A DNA stretch of 64,000 nt from an uncultured Gemmataceae bacterium (GTDB taxonomy: Bacteria; Planctomycetota; Planctomycetia; Gemmatales; Gemmataceae): the NCBI GenBank assembly GCA_963750165.1, contig CAVVPN010000003.1, positions 2,016,001 through 2,080,000 of the forward strand, given 5' to 3'. Positions 28,014 to 38,354 of the stretch are shown here, piece by piece. Position numbers and translations under genes: made by a program. Under the pieces are notes generated by a model. That model searched no databases, had not been told where the DNA came from, and worked only from the letters and a program-made list of their open reading frames with translations. Each line of letters starts with the position of its first letter. Position 1 is the first letter of the stretch.

Positions 28014-28289
28014 ATGGGCAAAAACAAGCCAATCCACGAAATCCGCATCGGTCGGCTCCGGGCAGCCATTTGGCAGAACGAGACCGAGGCCGGCGTCCGC
28101 CACAACGTCACCTTCGCGAGGCTCTACAAGGACGGCGACCGGTGGAAGGACTCGGCCAGCTTCGGCCGTGACGACCTGCCGCTCTTGGAGAAGCTCGCGG
28201 ACGCGGCCCACGGGTGGCTGTATCGGGGCGGGGTCGAGCCCCAGCCCCAGGAGGAATGCAACGAGGAGCCCGACCCCGTGGCCGGGTAA
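28014..28289 (+). CDS. Putative ssDNA-binding protein, paralogue of 21574-21912
   Basis: RIGRLRAAIWQN...HNVTFARLYK...WKDSASFGRDDL; AGGAGG RBS. Confidence 0.7.
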   Translation: MGKNKPIHEIRIGRLRAAIWQNETEAGVRHNVTFARLYKDGDRWKDSASFGRDDLPLLEKLADAAHGWLYRGGVEPQPQEECNEEPDPVAG

Positions 28290-28593
28290 GTGGCCCGGCC
28301 TACTGTTTCCCGCTGGTCGCCGCCCCGGTTTTCGCCTGGCTGAGGAAACGCGCGCCGCGTTCGGAGTAGAGTCGCTTCCAGCCACGTTCGGCCTGCTCAA
28401 GAGTGGGCAACCCCTTGCGCTCGATCCGCGCGGTAATCGCCGGGCTGAACACCGAGTATCCCCCGCGGGTCTTCTTTCCTGGTCGCCAGGAGCATGACCG
28501 CCCACACACCAGCGACAGGTATTCTGAGCCACGCTAGGTTCAGTTCGTCGAAGAATGCGAGCTTGCCGCCCCAGAACGACAACAACGCGGCCG

Positions 28594-30609
28594 TCATCGA
28601 AGACGCTCCCGCGCTGCCTTTCCTGGCTCGCCTTTTAACTTGGAAAGGGCTTCGAGGGTTTCCCTCGACGTGCTCTGGTGAAGCGCCACAAGCAGTTTGA
28701 CTGACGGGAACCGCGACCTGGCCAGCTGGCCAAGCACGCTCGCCGGCGTCACCGCATTCTTCGCCAGCGCCTCCTGTACCTCCTTCTCGCCGTCCTGCCC
28801 CTGGCAACGTTCCGCGACCGCTTGGAGTATCTGCGCTGGGGCTTGGTCGTTCCCAGCCAGTGCTTCGGCCATCCGCCAACCCTGGCCAGGCCACTCACTC
28901 AGCGCAAGCTCCGTTAACAACCCCGCGTCCGAACAGTTCCCGGCGAGGCTCCTGCCAATCCCTGTATCGTGCCCGAACCTGCCGAGGAGCAGCCGGCCTT
29001 CATCCCCGGTAACGTCCTTCCGCTCGGCCAGGCATCCGGCCAACTCCCGCGGAGCCGCCTCGGCGATAGGCCGCCGCAGGCCGACGGGCAGGGCGGCCGA
29101 GCGGGCGAAGAGAAGGGCATTCCCGGTCACATTCTTCCCTATGCCCAGCGCGTCCATGAGGAGGTAACGCTCGGCGTCACCCACCTTCGGGTGCTCCCAC
29201 ACTTCAACGAAACCCTCTTCCGCGGCGGCCTGCAAGCCCCGTTCGGGCAGGTTCGGGTGCTTCAGGGCCACTTCGACGAGCTCCGAGTACCGGCAAGCGT
29301 CCAGAAGCAACTCCGGCGGCGTCGAGGCCGCTTCCAGCAACTCCTTCACTTCGTACACGCTCAAGCACCCGGCCCCGGCTGACTTTTCCGGGGTGCCCTC
29401 GTAGACCATGCGCTGCACCTCGTCGTCATAGCGGTACTCCAGAGGGCGGAGTTCCGGCGCCGCCGCGAAGAAAACACTCCGTGCTTTCTCGGCCAGCAGG
29501 CGGGCCTCTTCCTCCCTTCGCTCGCCGACGGCGATCCGTGCCCTCAAAGTGTCCGGCGTTTCCCGCGAGCTTTGTGCAGTCTCCAGCAGCGCCTTCGTCA
29601 GGATGTCCCCGGTCGCCTCGGCCAAAGCGTCCGGCCGTGTCAGCGCCTCCAGCAGGAGGGAGGCCATGCCCACGCCCCCCCGCGTCCCCAACTCCGCCAG
29701 CCGCGTGAAGACGTAATCGGCAAGCTTCTCCCGGTCACACGCGCCGGCACTGCGCCAGCACACGAGGCCGACAAGTCCCGCCGCCTGCAGGCACAGCTCC
29801 GCCTGGCCGGGGAAGACCCGCCACCATTTCGTCGGCACCTTGGGCACCCACACCCCAATGAGCGGCCCACTCTGGCGAACCACGGGGTGAACGCCCACCG
29901 ACCGGGCCTCCCGCGGGACCTCGACGTAATGGAACCTCAGGTGGCGCCCCGCCGGCCACAACGCGGGCTCCAGCTCCAGCAGCCGCGCCACCGACGAATC
30001 GGGGCTCTTGCCATGAAAGAGGTCCTTGCGTTCAATCACTGTCTCCACCGGCCCGGCCACCGACTGTTGCAGTTCTTGAACGACGTCGTGCTGGGGGCAC
30101 GGTGTTGCCCGGGGGTACACGCTGACCACCCCCTGAAGCCCGACCAGGGCGTACCTGTCGTCGGGCAGATGGCAAACCCGGCACAGTTCCTGGCGACCCG
30201 CCAGGCGGACCAGGGAGCCGTCCCTGGGAACGGTCGTTCGGGCAGCCACGACCTCACTCGCCGACGCGTCAGCCCGTGCAACAACCTGGTAGGGGGCAAA
30301 GACGTGAAGACTTGCCAGCGGGCCGCCGTGGAGGGGCTCGATGACGAGGCGGTCACCGTCCTTGCGCAGGACGGTCCAGGGCTTCCGGTCCCATTCGATC
30401 CGTGAGCCGCCGGGGGGGCCGTTCAACCGGCCGGCAAGGCTCTGCGTTTCCTCGTTGGTCGCCTCTCGAACGGGCGTCCCCTCACGCCAGCGAATTCGTC
30501 CGGCACCGGTGAAATCGGTCCGCACGACGACAACCCAGACCTTCGCCGACTTCAGCACGTGGTAAGTGTTCCCCTGGAACGTCACGACCTGACCCGTTCT
30601 CGGTAACAT
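28594..30609 (-). CDS. Large hypothetical protein with C-terminal LRV/HEAT-like repeats
   Basis: AGGAGG RBS; repeated ALKHPN, LAGN, ALAKNAVTP, ALHQST motifs. Confidence 0.7.
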   Translation of the reverse strand: MLPRTGQVVTFQGNTYHVLKSAKVWVVVVRTDFTGAGRIRWREGTPVREATNEETQSLAGRLNGPPGGSRIEWDRKPWTVLRKDGDRLVIEPLHGGPLASLHVFAPYQVVARADASASEVVAARTTVPRDGSLVRLAGRQELCRVCHLPDDRYALVGLQGVVSVYPRATPCPQHDVVQELQQSVAGPVETVIERKDLFHGKSPDSSVARLLELEPALWPAGRHLRFHYVEVPREARSVGVHPVVRQSGPLIGVWVPKVPTKWWRVFPGQAELCLQAAGLVGLVCWRSAGACDREKLADYVFTRLAELGTRGGVGMASLLLEALTRPDALAEATGDILTKALLETAQSSRETPDTLRARIAVGERREEEARLLAEKARSVFFAAAPELRPLEYRYDDEVQRMVYEGTPEKSAGAGCLSVYEVKELLEAASTPPELLLDACRYSELVEVALKHPNLPERGLQAAAEEGFVEVWEHPKVGDAERYLLMDALGIGKNVTGNALLFARSAALPVGLRRPIAEAAPRELAGCLAERKDVTGDEGRLLLGRFGHDTGIGRSLAGNCSDAGLLTELALSEWPGQGWRMAEALAGNDQAPAQILQAVAERCQGQDGEKEVQEALAKNAVTPASVLGQLARSRFPSVKLLVALHQSTSRETLEALSKLKGEPGKAARERLR

Positions 30610-30876
30610 GAACTCGCCTCCTTTCCTCACATCGGTCGGGCGAAGCCTGCGGATGGTCCCGTACGTGGCGGTAGCAAGCCGCTCCTGCCATATCTCCCAG
30701 TGCGGCTTCGCGAGCTGATGCAGGCCAAGCTCTCCCGGGTGCTGGTGATGGTAGCCTCCACGAAGGATGCTGGCGAAGGGCGTCAAAACCACCGCCAGGA
30801 ACGGCATCCGCGGCGTGAGGCTGGGGGTTGGAGTCCGCCGCCTCGACTGTCCCCCAACACCTTCGGTTCATGCCGG

Positions 30877-31500
30877 TCAGGGTTCGGACAGCGCGGCCTC
30901 GAAGGCCCGCAGCGTCACCGAGATTCGGCGGCCCCGGTGCCGGCCCGACTTGGGGACCGCGTGCTTCCACACCTCGTTCGTGTCTTGCGGGAGGATGAAC
31001 ACGGTCCCCGCTGGGGCGGGGAAGTCCCGGACGCGGCGAACGGCTCCCGACCCCCGGCTCAGGCGAAACACCCGCGTCTCGCCGAACGAAACGGTGACGA
31101 TCGGCGCCCCGGCAGCCATGCCGCGGGTGCTGTCGTGGTGCGCGCCGATGTAGTGGGCCGGCCCCTCATACCAGTTGAGCAGGAGCCCGTTGAGCCTGGG
31201 ATCAACGGCCTGCCGCGCCCAGTCCCGGAGCGGCAGCAGCACCGGGGGCGCCGGCAGCGCGCGGCTCGTCTGACCGCTGAAATGGTAGTCGGCGCCGTAG
31301 GCCTGCTGCCACCGCGGGATCTCGACTTCCTTGTTGATCATGCGGATGCGGGGCTTCGTCGTCGGGTGCAGCCGCCACACCTCCTCGAAGGTGTGGTCGT
31401 CCCAGAGGAGTTCCTCGGGAAGGCAACCGCAGTAGAACGGCGAGCCATCGTCCAGGGCTTGCTCCTTGAAGCCGTTGTCCCGCCAGGTTGTTCCGGTCAT
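30877..31500 (-). CDS. AlkB-family 2OG-Fe(II) dioxygenase
   Basis: PRWQQAYG..Y...LLNWY...IGAHHD...VSFG..R.F...WKHAVPK...RISVTLR. Confidence 0.9.
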   Translation of the reverse strand: MTGTTWRDNGFKEQALDDGSPFYCGCLPEELLWDDHTFEEVWRLHPTTKPRIRMINKEVEIPRWQQAYGADYHFSGQTSRALPAPPVLLPLRDWARQAVDPRLNGLLLNWYEGPAHYIGAHHDSTRGMAAGAPIVTVSFGETRVFRLSRGSGAVRRVRDFPAPAGTVFILPQDTNEVWKHAVPKSGRHRGRRISVTLRAFEAALSEP

Positions 31501-31558
31501 GCTCTGTTTCCCCAGATGATTGCATCTTCGCCCGGCACAGCCGCTCGGTCAAAGCGTC

Positions 31559-32425
31559 TCAAACGAGATCGCTCGGATCGCGCACAACAACGGCCGGCAC
31601 GCAACATTCCTGGGCCTCCTCCGACAGCACGAGCAGCGGCATCCTTACCGGCATCTCGTCCCACATGCGACCGTCCAGGGAGCGACCGGCTGCTTTCTTG
31701 TTCCGTCCGCCCCACTGTTTGAAAAAGAATGGCACCCCGGCGGTCTGACATTGGTCCCTGACGGACTGCACCCAGGCCGCCTCCATCGGCCGGGCGGAGG
31801 GACCACTCTCACCGCCGGCGATGACCCAACGGATGCCGGTCAGGTCGAGCGGCCCGAGATCCTCGAGCAACGGCTCGACGGACAGGAAGCGGACCTGGGC
31901 CGGAGTCTGCCGCAGATGCTCGATCCTCGGCACGCCGTGCCGCCTGTTCTCGACGCTCGTTCCCCACCAGACGTGTGGCATCTCAGCGAACTCGCGCAGT
32001 GCGCCGGACAGAAGCTCCTTCATGCGGTCGGCCCGCTTGGTGAGCACCTGGTAGGTGTGGTGATCGGCCTGAGCCATCGCCACGCACACTTTCCGAATGT
32101 CCTCGGCCGGCAGATTTTCATGGAAGAGGTCGCTCATGGAGTTGACGAACACGGTCTGCGGACGCCGCCACCGGAGCGGGTCGGCAAGGGCATCGGACAC
32201 GAGGACCATCTTGCCGTTCCAGCGACCGTCGGCGCCGATGACCTCGATGTAGTAGCGCAGCCGCCCCGGCTCCTCGCCGCGCACGCGCTTCGCGAGCGCG
32301 ACCCCCTTCAAGCGCCGGGCCATTGCCATTGCGTAGCAGTGGTGGCAGCCGGGCGAACAGATCGAGCACCCCAGAACGGGATTCCAGGTCACCCCGGTCC
32401 ACTCGATAGCGGATTTAGTAGACAT
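31559..32425 (-). CDS. DUF5131 / phage Gp37-Gp68 family (three-Cys motif) protein
   Basis: SAIEWT..TWNPVLGC...SPGCHHCYA...FVNSMSDLFH...LTKR...EPLL...GGESG...FFFKQWGG. Confidence 0.93.
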   Translation of the reverse strand: MSTKSAIEWTGVTWNPVLGCSICSPGCHHCYAMAMARRLKGVALAKRVRGEEPGRLRYYIEVIGADGRWNGKMVLVSDALADPLRWRRPQTVFVNSMSDLFHENLPAEDIRKVCVAMAQADHHTYQVLTKRADRMKELLSGALREFAEMPHVWWGTSVENRRHGVPRIEHLRQTPAQVRFLSVEPLLEDLGPLDLTGIRWVIAGGESGPSARPMEAAWVQSVRDQCQTAGVPFFFKQWGGRNKKAAGRSLDGRMWDEMPVRMPLLVLSEEAQECCVPAVVVRDPSDLV

Positions 32426-32646
32426 CGTTATCTCCGATCAACAATTCCAGGCCTTGCCCGATTCGCCCGCTTCTCAGCGAAGGTCAGGCTGGCGACTCTA
32501 GCGGCGCGTCATCTACAGTAGATTGTTGAGGCTTCGGGCTGCCTGGTCAATTCTGTTTTACAGAATAGAATTACACTACCGTTCTGTTATTCTGAGCGCG
32601 CGTCGCGTTTTTCTGAACCGCCGCACAGAGGTCTGGCTCGAGGAGG

Positions 32647-33678
32647 ATGGTCGTGACAGGTGAAGAAGCTAAAATCGGAGGCGTAGAAGCCGCGGAAATC
32701 GTGGCTGAATCAAACGCCAGCGGGCGGCGGCCGAGACTCCAGCCATCCATCGAGTCCGTAGAGCTGTACGACCGGATTTGCGACTGCATCCGAGCCGGAA
32801 AGAAAGAAACGCTGGAGGGCGTGGCCCGCGCGCTTCGGTGTGCTCCCTCCGCCGTTTCCGCGTGTCTCAAGACCTGGAAGGACATCCGGCATGCCGAACT
32901 GGTGAACCTCGCCGTCTCCCCGATCATTCTTCTCCCACCAGGGGAGGAGTTGCACAAGATGGCGAAGGCGGTTCTGGCCGCCCACCAGGTGATGCGAACG
33001 CCGGGCCCGCCCGGCACCGGGGAAGAGCTGGTGGTCGGCGCCGCCAACGTCTTTGTCCGGCACCTGTTGAGTCGGGCAACCGCCCGATTTTATGCGCAGA
33101 CCGAATTCAAGGGCGCGTCGATCCGACTCATCGAGGAGCGCGAGGGAGCCATCCGGGCGCTCGAAGACGGGGAGGCGCAGTTTGTCCTCGGCGGCTCCGG
33201 ATTTCGCCGCCGGCATCCCTGGCTTCTCTGGGAGAACCTTCATCTCACGATCGACCTGGTGGCCATCACGAGGAAAAAAGACCCCCTCAAAACCGCCCAA
33301 CTGGGATTGACGGAAGAACTGCTCGAACAGCGAGTCGTCTGCTTGCAGGAGGATGACGCCCGGCTGCTGCGATTTCCACAACGCATTGTCGTGACCAATT
33401 ATGCTTCCGTCATGGATTTCGTCCGGGAGGCTGGTGCCATCGGCATCGTTCCCTTGCTCGGAGGCGTCGCGGCGACCGGCCGGGAGGAGTATCGCAAGGA
33501 CTTCCGCGTCTTCAGCCTCAACTTGAAGACGCCGATCGAACCGTGGGAACTCGGTGTTTGGACGCGCCGGGATGCGATGCTCTCCAGGAGCGCCGAGGCC
33601 TATCTTGGCGTGTTGAAGACGTTTCTGAAGAACTCGAATCCGCCGGGAGCGGCCGCACGCTCTGAGTCTGACGGGTAA
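32647..33678 (+). CDS. Divergent LysR-type regulator
   Basis: N-terminal HTH (VARALRCAPSAVS...PGEEL) and substrate-binding-like C-terminus (AIGIVP, LSRSAEAY). Confidence 0.65.
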   Translation: MVVTGEEAKIGGVEAAEIVAESNASGRRPRLQPSIESVELYDRICDCIRAGKKETLEGVARALRCAPSAVSACLKTWKDIRHAELVNLAVSPIILLPPGEELHKMAKAVLAAHQVMRTPGPPGTGEELVVGAANVFVRHLLSRATARFYAQTEFKGASIRLIEEREGAIRALEDGEAQFVLGGSGFRRRHPWLLWENLHLTIDLVAITRKKDPLKTAQLGLTEELLEQRVVCLQEDDARLLRFPQRIVVTNYASVMDFVREAGAIGIVPLLGGVAATGREEYRKDFRVFSLNLKTPIEPWELGVWTRRDAMLSRSAEAYLGVLKTFLKNSNPPGAAARSESDG

Positions 33679-34350
33679 AGTAGCCAGATAAGAGGGCATC
33701 CGTGCCAGGAGCGTCGGCATTGTGCCGAACGGGATTTTCAGAGGCATGTACTCCGGTGTTCGATGGGCGGGAAGAGGCGGGCCGAGAGTCAAGGCGGCGA
33801 GAGGAAGGTGACGGGGTGTTTGGGCGGCACACCCGGTCGAAGCCGAAACCGTCGAAAATAACCGCAAGCAAGAAAGTGGCCCCGGCAAGCTTGTCTCGGG
33901 CCTGCCGGGGCCGGGTGCTGTCCATCGACGCACCGTCGGCTCGGTTATCCCTTGGTCTGGTTGCGTCCCCGCAGAGCCAGCCTCCGTTTCACCGAGCAAC
34001 TACCACGATACTGATTCTCCGCACTGCTACACAAGACCGCCATGTTTCGTCCAGCCAGTTCCTTGCGCCGGACGACTCCCGGTGATAGAACCGGGCCGAC
34101 TTCACCATTTCTGACCGGGGTAGACATCTGCCGTCCCGCCCCTGGATGAGAGAGGCCCAGCCGTTCTCGCCCAGGAGGCAGGCGGCGCCATGCGAAGGTT
34201 CTCCCCAGGTTTTCCGTTCCCCTGTGGCCGCTCCTATCACGCCACCGCCTCTTTTCCCGGGAACGCGGGCGCCGGGTCGTGCAGACAACTCCGCCGGATG
34301 CCTGCACGACCCGGTAATTCCGCTAACCCGTTGCGAAAGGAGAACGGCTG

Positions 34351-34698
34351 ATGGCACACCCCCACTCCGCGCTCGCCGAGTACCTCGCCCGGCTCAAGGC
34401 CGGCGAGGCGGTCCCCTTTTCCCCAGGCCCCTCAGGCGGGGAGGAATGGGACGAGCACGTCCGGCGCATTTCCGCCGAAGGTCAGATCGCCGAGGTGACG
34501 GAGGAGCAGTACTTCTACTGGCTCGAAGTCCTCCCCCCGCACTGGATGAACGGCTCGCACTTCTGCTTTGCCGAGGGCGCCGAGGCTCTTCGGCTCTTCT
34601 GGCGTGACCGCCAGACCGGCCGCTACCTCGCCCGCCAGCTTTCCTGGGATGAGACCCTCCGCTTCTGTGAGCTGGCCGGCATTCCGCGGCCTCACTGA
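34351..34698 (+). CDS. DUF1419-like protein
   Basis: EVTEEQYFYWLEVLPPHWM...FCFAEG; AAGGAG RBS. Confidence 0.55.
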   Translation: MAHPHSALAEYLARLKAGEAVPFSPGPSGGEEWDEHVRRISAEGQIAEVTEEQYFYWLEVLPPHWMNGSHFCFAEGAEALRLFWRDRQTGRYLARQLSWDETLRFCELAGIPRPH

Positions 34699-34725
34699 AG
34701 CGCCTGGCCCAGGAGAAAAAGCACC

Positions 34726-34938
34726 ATGCGCTACGTCATCCACGTTACGACCCTGCGCGACCCGATCCGCTTCTTCGCGAAGGGGCGGACCCGCGCGGAG
34801 GCCCGCGCCGAGGCACTGGCCTTCATCCACGCCTGGCCGCTGACGGCCAAGAACCAACCCTGCGGCTTCCGCATCGAGGAGAGCCACTGGCTCTTCGCCG
34901 ACATCCCATCCACGACGAAAGGAGACCATCCCACATGA
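34726..34938 (+). CDS. Hypothetical protein
   Basis: AGGAG RBS; ATGA overlap with the next gene. Confidence 0.6.
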   Translation: MRYVIHVTTLRDPIRFFAKGRTRAEARAEALAFIHAWPLTAKNQPCGFRIEESHWLFADIPSTTKGDHPT

Positions 34939-35147
34939 TCGTTGATCGCAAAGACGGCTCGTGCCGTTCCTGCGGCGGCACGCTCCGCGTGATCGACGCC
35001 GACGACGCGACCCTGACGGTGATCTGCCTGGACTGTCAGGACACCTACGAAGTAGAGACCGACGCCTTCGGCGACGATTGCATGACCTACTACCTGGGCT
35101 TTCTGGCGGAGGCCCTCCGGCGCAGGCAGAAAGGAGCAAACCCATGA
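34935..35147 (+). CDS. Small zinc-finger protein
   Basis: CRSC...CLDC; AAGGAG RBS. Confidence 0.65.
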   Translation: MIVDRKDGSCRSCGGTLRVIDADDATLTVICLDCQDTYEVETDAFGDDCMTYYLGFLAEALRRRQKGANP

Positions 35148-35207
35148 TACTCGCACGCCGTTGGTGCATCGACGAGCCCGAGGACGCCGATTGGAAAGGA
35201 GAACGAC

Positions 35208-35567
35208 ATGAATGACGCGCCTCACGGTCCGGAGCGCAGCTCCGCCGACGAGTTGCGGCACGAGCTCGAGAACCTCGACCGCGAGCTTGCCCAGGTGGAG
35301 CTGGCCGACATCGTCCGCCTCAAGAAGCCTTATGGCTTGAAGATCGACCGGCAGAAGGGACCGTTCGGGTTCGGCATCGTGGCCGAGATCCTGACGGTGC
35401 TGCCTGACGGCCGCACGCGCAACGTGAGCCTGTACCTTTACGACCCAGAGCGGAAGGAGATCTTCCTTGGGCCGCATGGCGTGCCGGAGTTCGTGGACTG
35501 CCACTGCTCGGAGTTCGAACTGTACAAGCGGGCGACGGACATGGGTTACAGCCCGCTGCTGGAGTGA
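35208..35567 (+). CDS. Hypothetical protein
   Basis: AAGGAG RBS; GC3-rich. Confidence 0.65.
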   Translation: MNDAPHGPERSSADELRHELENLDRELAQVELADIVRLKKPYGLKIDRQKGPFGFGIVAEILTVLPDGRTRNVSLYLYDPERKEIFLGPHGVPEFVDCHCSEFELYKRATDMGYSPLLE

Positions 35568-35718
35568 ACGAGGGGGCGGCGCCGGTCAGAAGCGGCCCGC
35601 CCCATTCCGGCGTTCCGCAAAGGTTGCATGGCGCCGCCCCTCTCTTCCGTCTTCCTCCCTGCGCCGAAATGGGCTGACCACACCAACACGCCGGCTGCGC
35701 GGGGCGGGGCCGGGATCG

Positions 35719-35853
35719 TCACCACCCGGAGAACCGCCGTTTGCCGGAAGCAAGAAAGTGTTTCAGCAGGAGCGCGGCCGCCGCGACCACCAGGGAGGGC
35801 AGCGGATACTTGCAGGCCAGCCAGCCCGCGCCCAGGAAGAACAAAGCCGTCAT
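35719..35853 (-). CDS. Small membrane protein (44 aa)
   Basis: GGAGG RBS; ATGA overlap with upstream stop; hydrophobic MTALFFLGAGWLACKYPLPSLVVAAAALLL. Confidence 0.5.
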   Translation of the reverse strand: MTALFFLGAGWLACKYPLPSLVVAAAALLLKHFLASGKRRFSGW

Positions 35854-36647
35854 CGCGTTTCCTCCTCCGGGAAGGTGCGCGAGAGCGACACCAGACCGGT
35901 CGCGGCGGTCCGGCCCCGCGGCTCGCGGCAGTCCTCCGCTCGTGTTACTCCCTCCCGACTCGAACTCGTTGTCTCCTCGGCACCGTCGAACGGCTTCACG
36001 ATGCGGCGCTGGTAGCGGAGCACCGTCGGCGGCAGCGACTCCTCGCCTGCCCGCCGCCGTGCGTCGTTCAGCAGGCGGAGGACGTTCAGCAGCTGCTGGC
36101 GAACGCGCGCGTAGGGCTCGAACGGGACGGTGTATAGCTGGCGGCTCAGAACATCCGCCGGGGTACGGACCGCCCTCTCCAAAAAGTACGCCTTCAGGTT
36201 CCGGTACGCCTCCTGGCCGATCTGGACCCGGGAGTGCCATTTGTCGTCCGGCTCCGCAGGTTCATCCGACTCGGCCCGGGCCTTGAAATCCCCTTGCTTG
36301 TACGTGATCGAGTAACCCGCGAAGTGGAGCGGCAGCTTGCGGATGTCGCGGACCCGCTCCCCCTCCTCCTCGAAAAAACAGTGCTTGCCGTGGGTGGCAA
36401 GGAGGACGAAGAGACGCCCGTGGCGGAGGTAATGCAGGTTGGCGAGGCCGGCAAGCTTCCGCCGCGCCCGCGACTGGCGCGAGATGGCGATGCCGTACTT
36501 TTCCTGGAGCTTCGCGTCCACGGCTCGCGGGTCCTTGCCCGCCGGCACCCACCCGCTGACGTAGAACCAGTAGCCGTGGGGCAGGTAGCAGCAGGCCAGC
36601 TGCTGGACGAACCCCTCGACCGTCGTTGCTTCACAGCGGTAGTGCAT
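35850..36647 (-). CDS. Conserved hypothetical protein divergent from repA
   Basis: YRCEATTVEGFVQQLA..YL.HGYWFYV.G..P.GKDP..VD.KL..KYGI; long GC3-rich frame. Confidence 0.75.
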   Translation of the reverse strand: MHYRCEATTVEGFVQQLACCYLPHGYWFYVSGWVPAGKDPRAVDAKLQEKYGIAISRQSRARRKLAGLANLHYLRHGRLFVLLATHGKHCFFEEEGERVRDIRKLPLHFAGYSITYKQGDFKARAESDEPAEPDDKWHSRVQIGQEAYRNLKAYFLERAVRTPADVLSRQLYTVPFEPYARVRQQLLNVLRLLNDARRRAGEESLPPTVLRYQRRIVKPFDGAEETTSSSREGVTRAEDCREPRGRTAATGLVSLSRTFPEEETR

Positions 36648-38151
36648 GCGGCGAAAAGACCAATGCCTCCCCAGCGTGGCGGAAGGCGGGGTTGTTTGTT
36701 GACGGCCAACCCCACGCCGATGAAAACCGTTTTCCCCGAGAGGCGCAAGGGTCGGTCGGGGCGTCGTACCCTTCCCGACCACGCAAGCTCCGACCCAGGA
36801 AAAAAACCTCCCTCCTACCTTGAAAACCTTTCCCTCCAAACGGTATCTCGGCGGGCCGCCACTATATTCCAAGTGCGACCCCGCCGAATTTATACGCGTA
36901 CCGTCTGCGAACCTCATGGCGAACGGCGGCGTGTCTCGGTGACACGTCGCCTGTCCGCCGCCAAATTGCCGCCAAAGGAGGCCTTTTCTCCCGAAAAGGC
37001 CTCCTTTGACCGCTTCGCCTCCCGCCAAGGAATGCGGCGCGAGGCCCCGTACCAAGGGAGCCTCGCGCCCGATCTTCCGAACGCTCAAAAAGCCAGTCAG
37101 CCCTTTCGTCGTGGCCAATGTGTCCGGCACCACCCGTTGACACGCCAGCGGGTCGCGACTGCCTTGCCGCGCGCACCGCCCGGTTCCGCCTCTGGCTCCC
37201 GCCACAGGCTTCCCCGACTGTCTACTCAGGCCCCACTCCCAGACTCCAGCATTTCAAGCACGTGGGGGACCAAACCCACGCACCGGCGACCAGGCCGGCC
37301 GCTGGAGCCCTTCCCGCGTTAGCCATCTCCTTCGTCTTCTGGGTCACGTGGCTATCGGGCGTTACCCCGAGGACCTCTGGCCATATGTCCGGGCTCCCGC
37401 CGCGGCATAGTTTCGACAAGGCCGTTCCGTACACGGCTTCGCCATTTCAGGGGGCAGAATATAGAAGCTCCTCCCTTACCCTTCGGCCAGGGTCGTTCGC
37501 CGTCACCACGGGCCGCTATCGGCCTTGAGGTGAGCATTTCGGCATCGTCTCCCAGAGAACTCACCGGCAAGCCCTTACGGGCCTTTCATGGTTGAGCTTT
37601 TCACGTCTCCGCGTTTAACGGAGTACACGGGTCAGTCTTACCCGTTTCCCGCTGTTGCCAGACAGGAAGCTCCCCACGCCGGCCAGCGTTCCACGAACCT
37701 CGCGTAGCGAGGCCCGAGGCCCGCGGGCGGATTTGCGGCCTGCCTGGCAGGACCGCGCACCAGCTTTGCAAGATGGCGGCTTTGGCACGCGCCAAAGGAT
37801 GTCCGCGTCGCCCACATTCAGTGCGAACGCATAGGATAGAACGCTGAGATTGCTCTTCTGGGATACAAAGCCAGGAAGGATTACTTCAGCGAGCCTCCTT
37901 CGAGCACGGACAAGCCACTCTCGCGGCAATCCGGCTCTACTGGCACAGCACGTGACGGCTGGTTAGTGCCATCCTCTTAGCCTGGTTGGTGGCCAGGTTT
38001 ACCGAGTGTGCTGCGCGAACGGAAGACCGTGGTCAAAGCGTTTACGTCATTGACGACCGGCAGGACCTATCCTCGCCCTGCACCAGGGAAACTAGCGCAG
38101 GAGAAGGAACAGGACCATGGATACTTTCCGCCCCGTCGGTGCCTGCCTGAT

Positions 38152-38260
38152 ACCGATTATCCGGGGAGGATTCCCCGATTGTGGGGGGAGATTTTACCGA
38201 TAGCCGAGGGAGGAGTTGACGATGTCCGGGGGAGAAAACACCGATGCGCCGGGGAGAAAT
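38152..38260 (+). repeat. Five degenerate 22-bp direct repeats (iterons) upstream of repA
   Basis: CGAT cores at 38154, 38176, 38198, 38220 and 38242, each followed by GGGAG; exact 22-bp period. Confidence 0.8.
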
Positions 38261-38354
38261 AGGCCGTGCAAGGCCTTGATTCTGCTGGTCTTTCGCAGTC
38301 ACAACTATTCATAACTGAAGAACAAAACGGAACAACAACAGGGAGCTGCCGACG

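Noticed and set aside
38152..38260. CRISPR array
   Set aside because: Repeats are degenerate and contiguous at 22-bp period with no unique spacers; no cas genes; position fits iterons.
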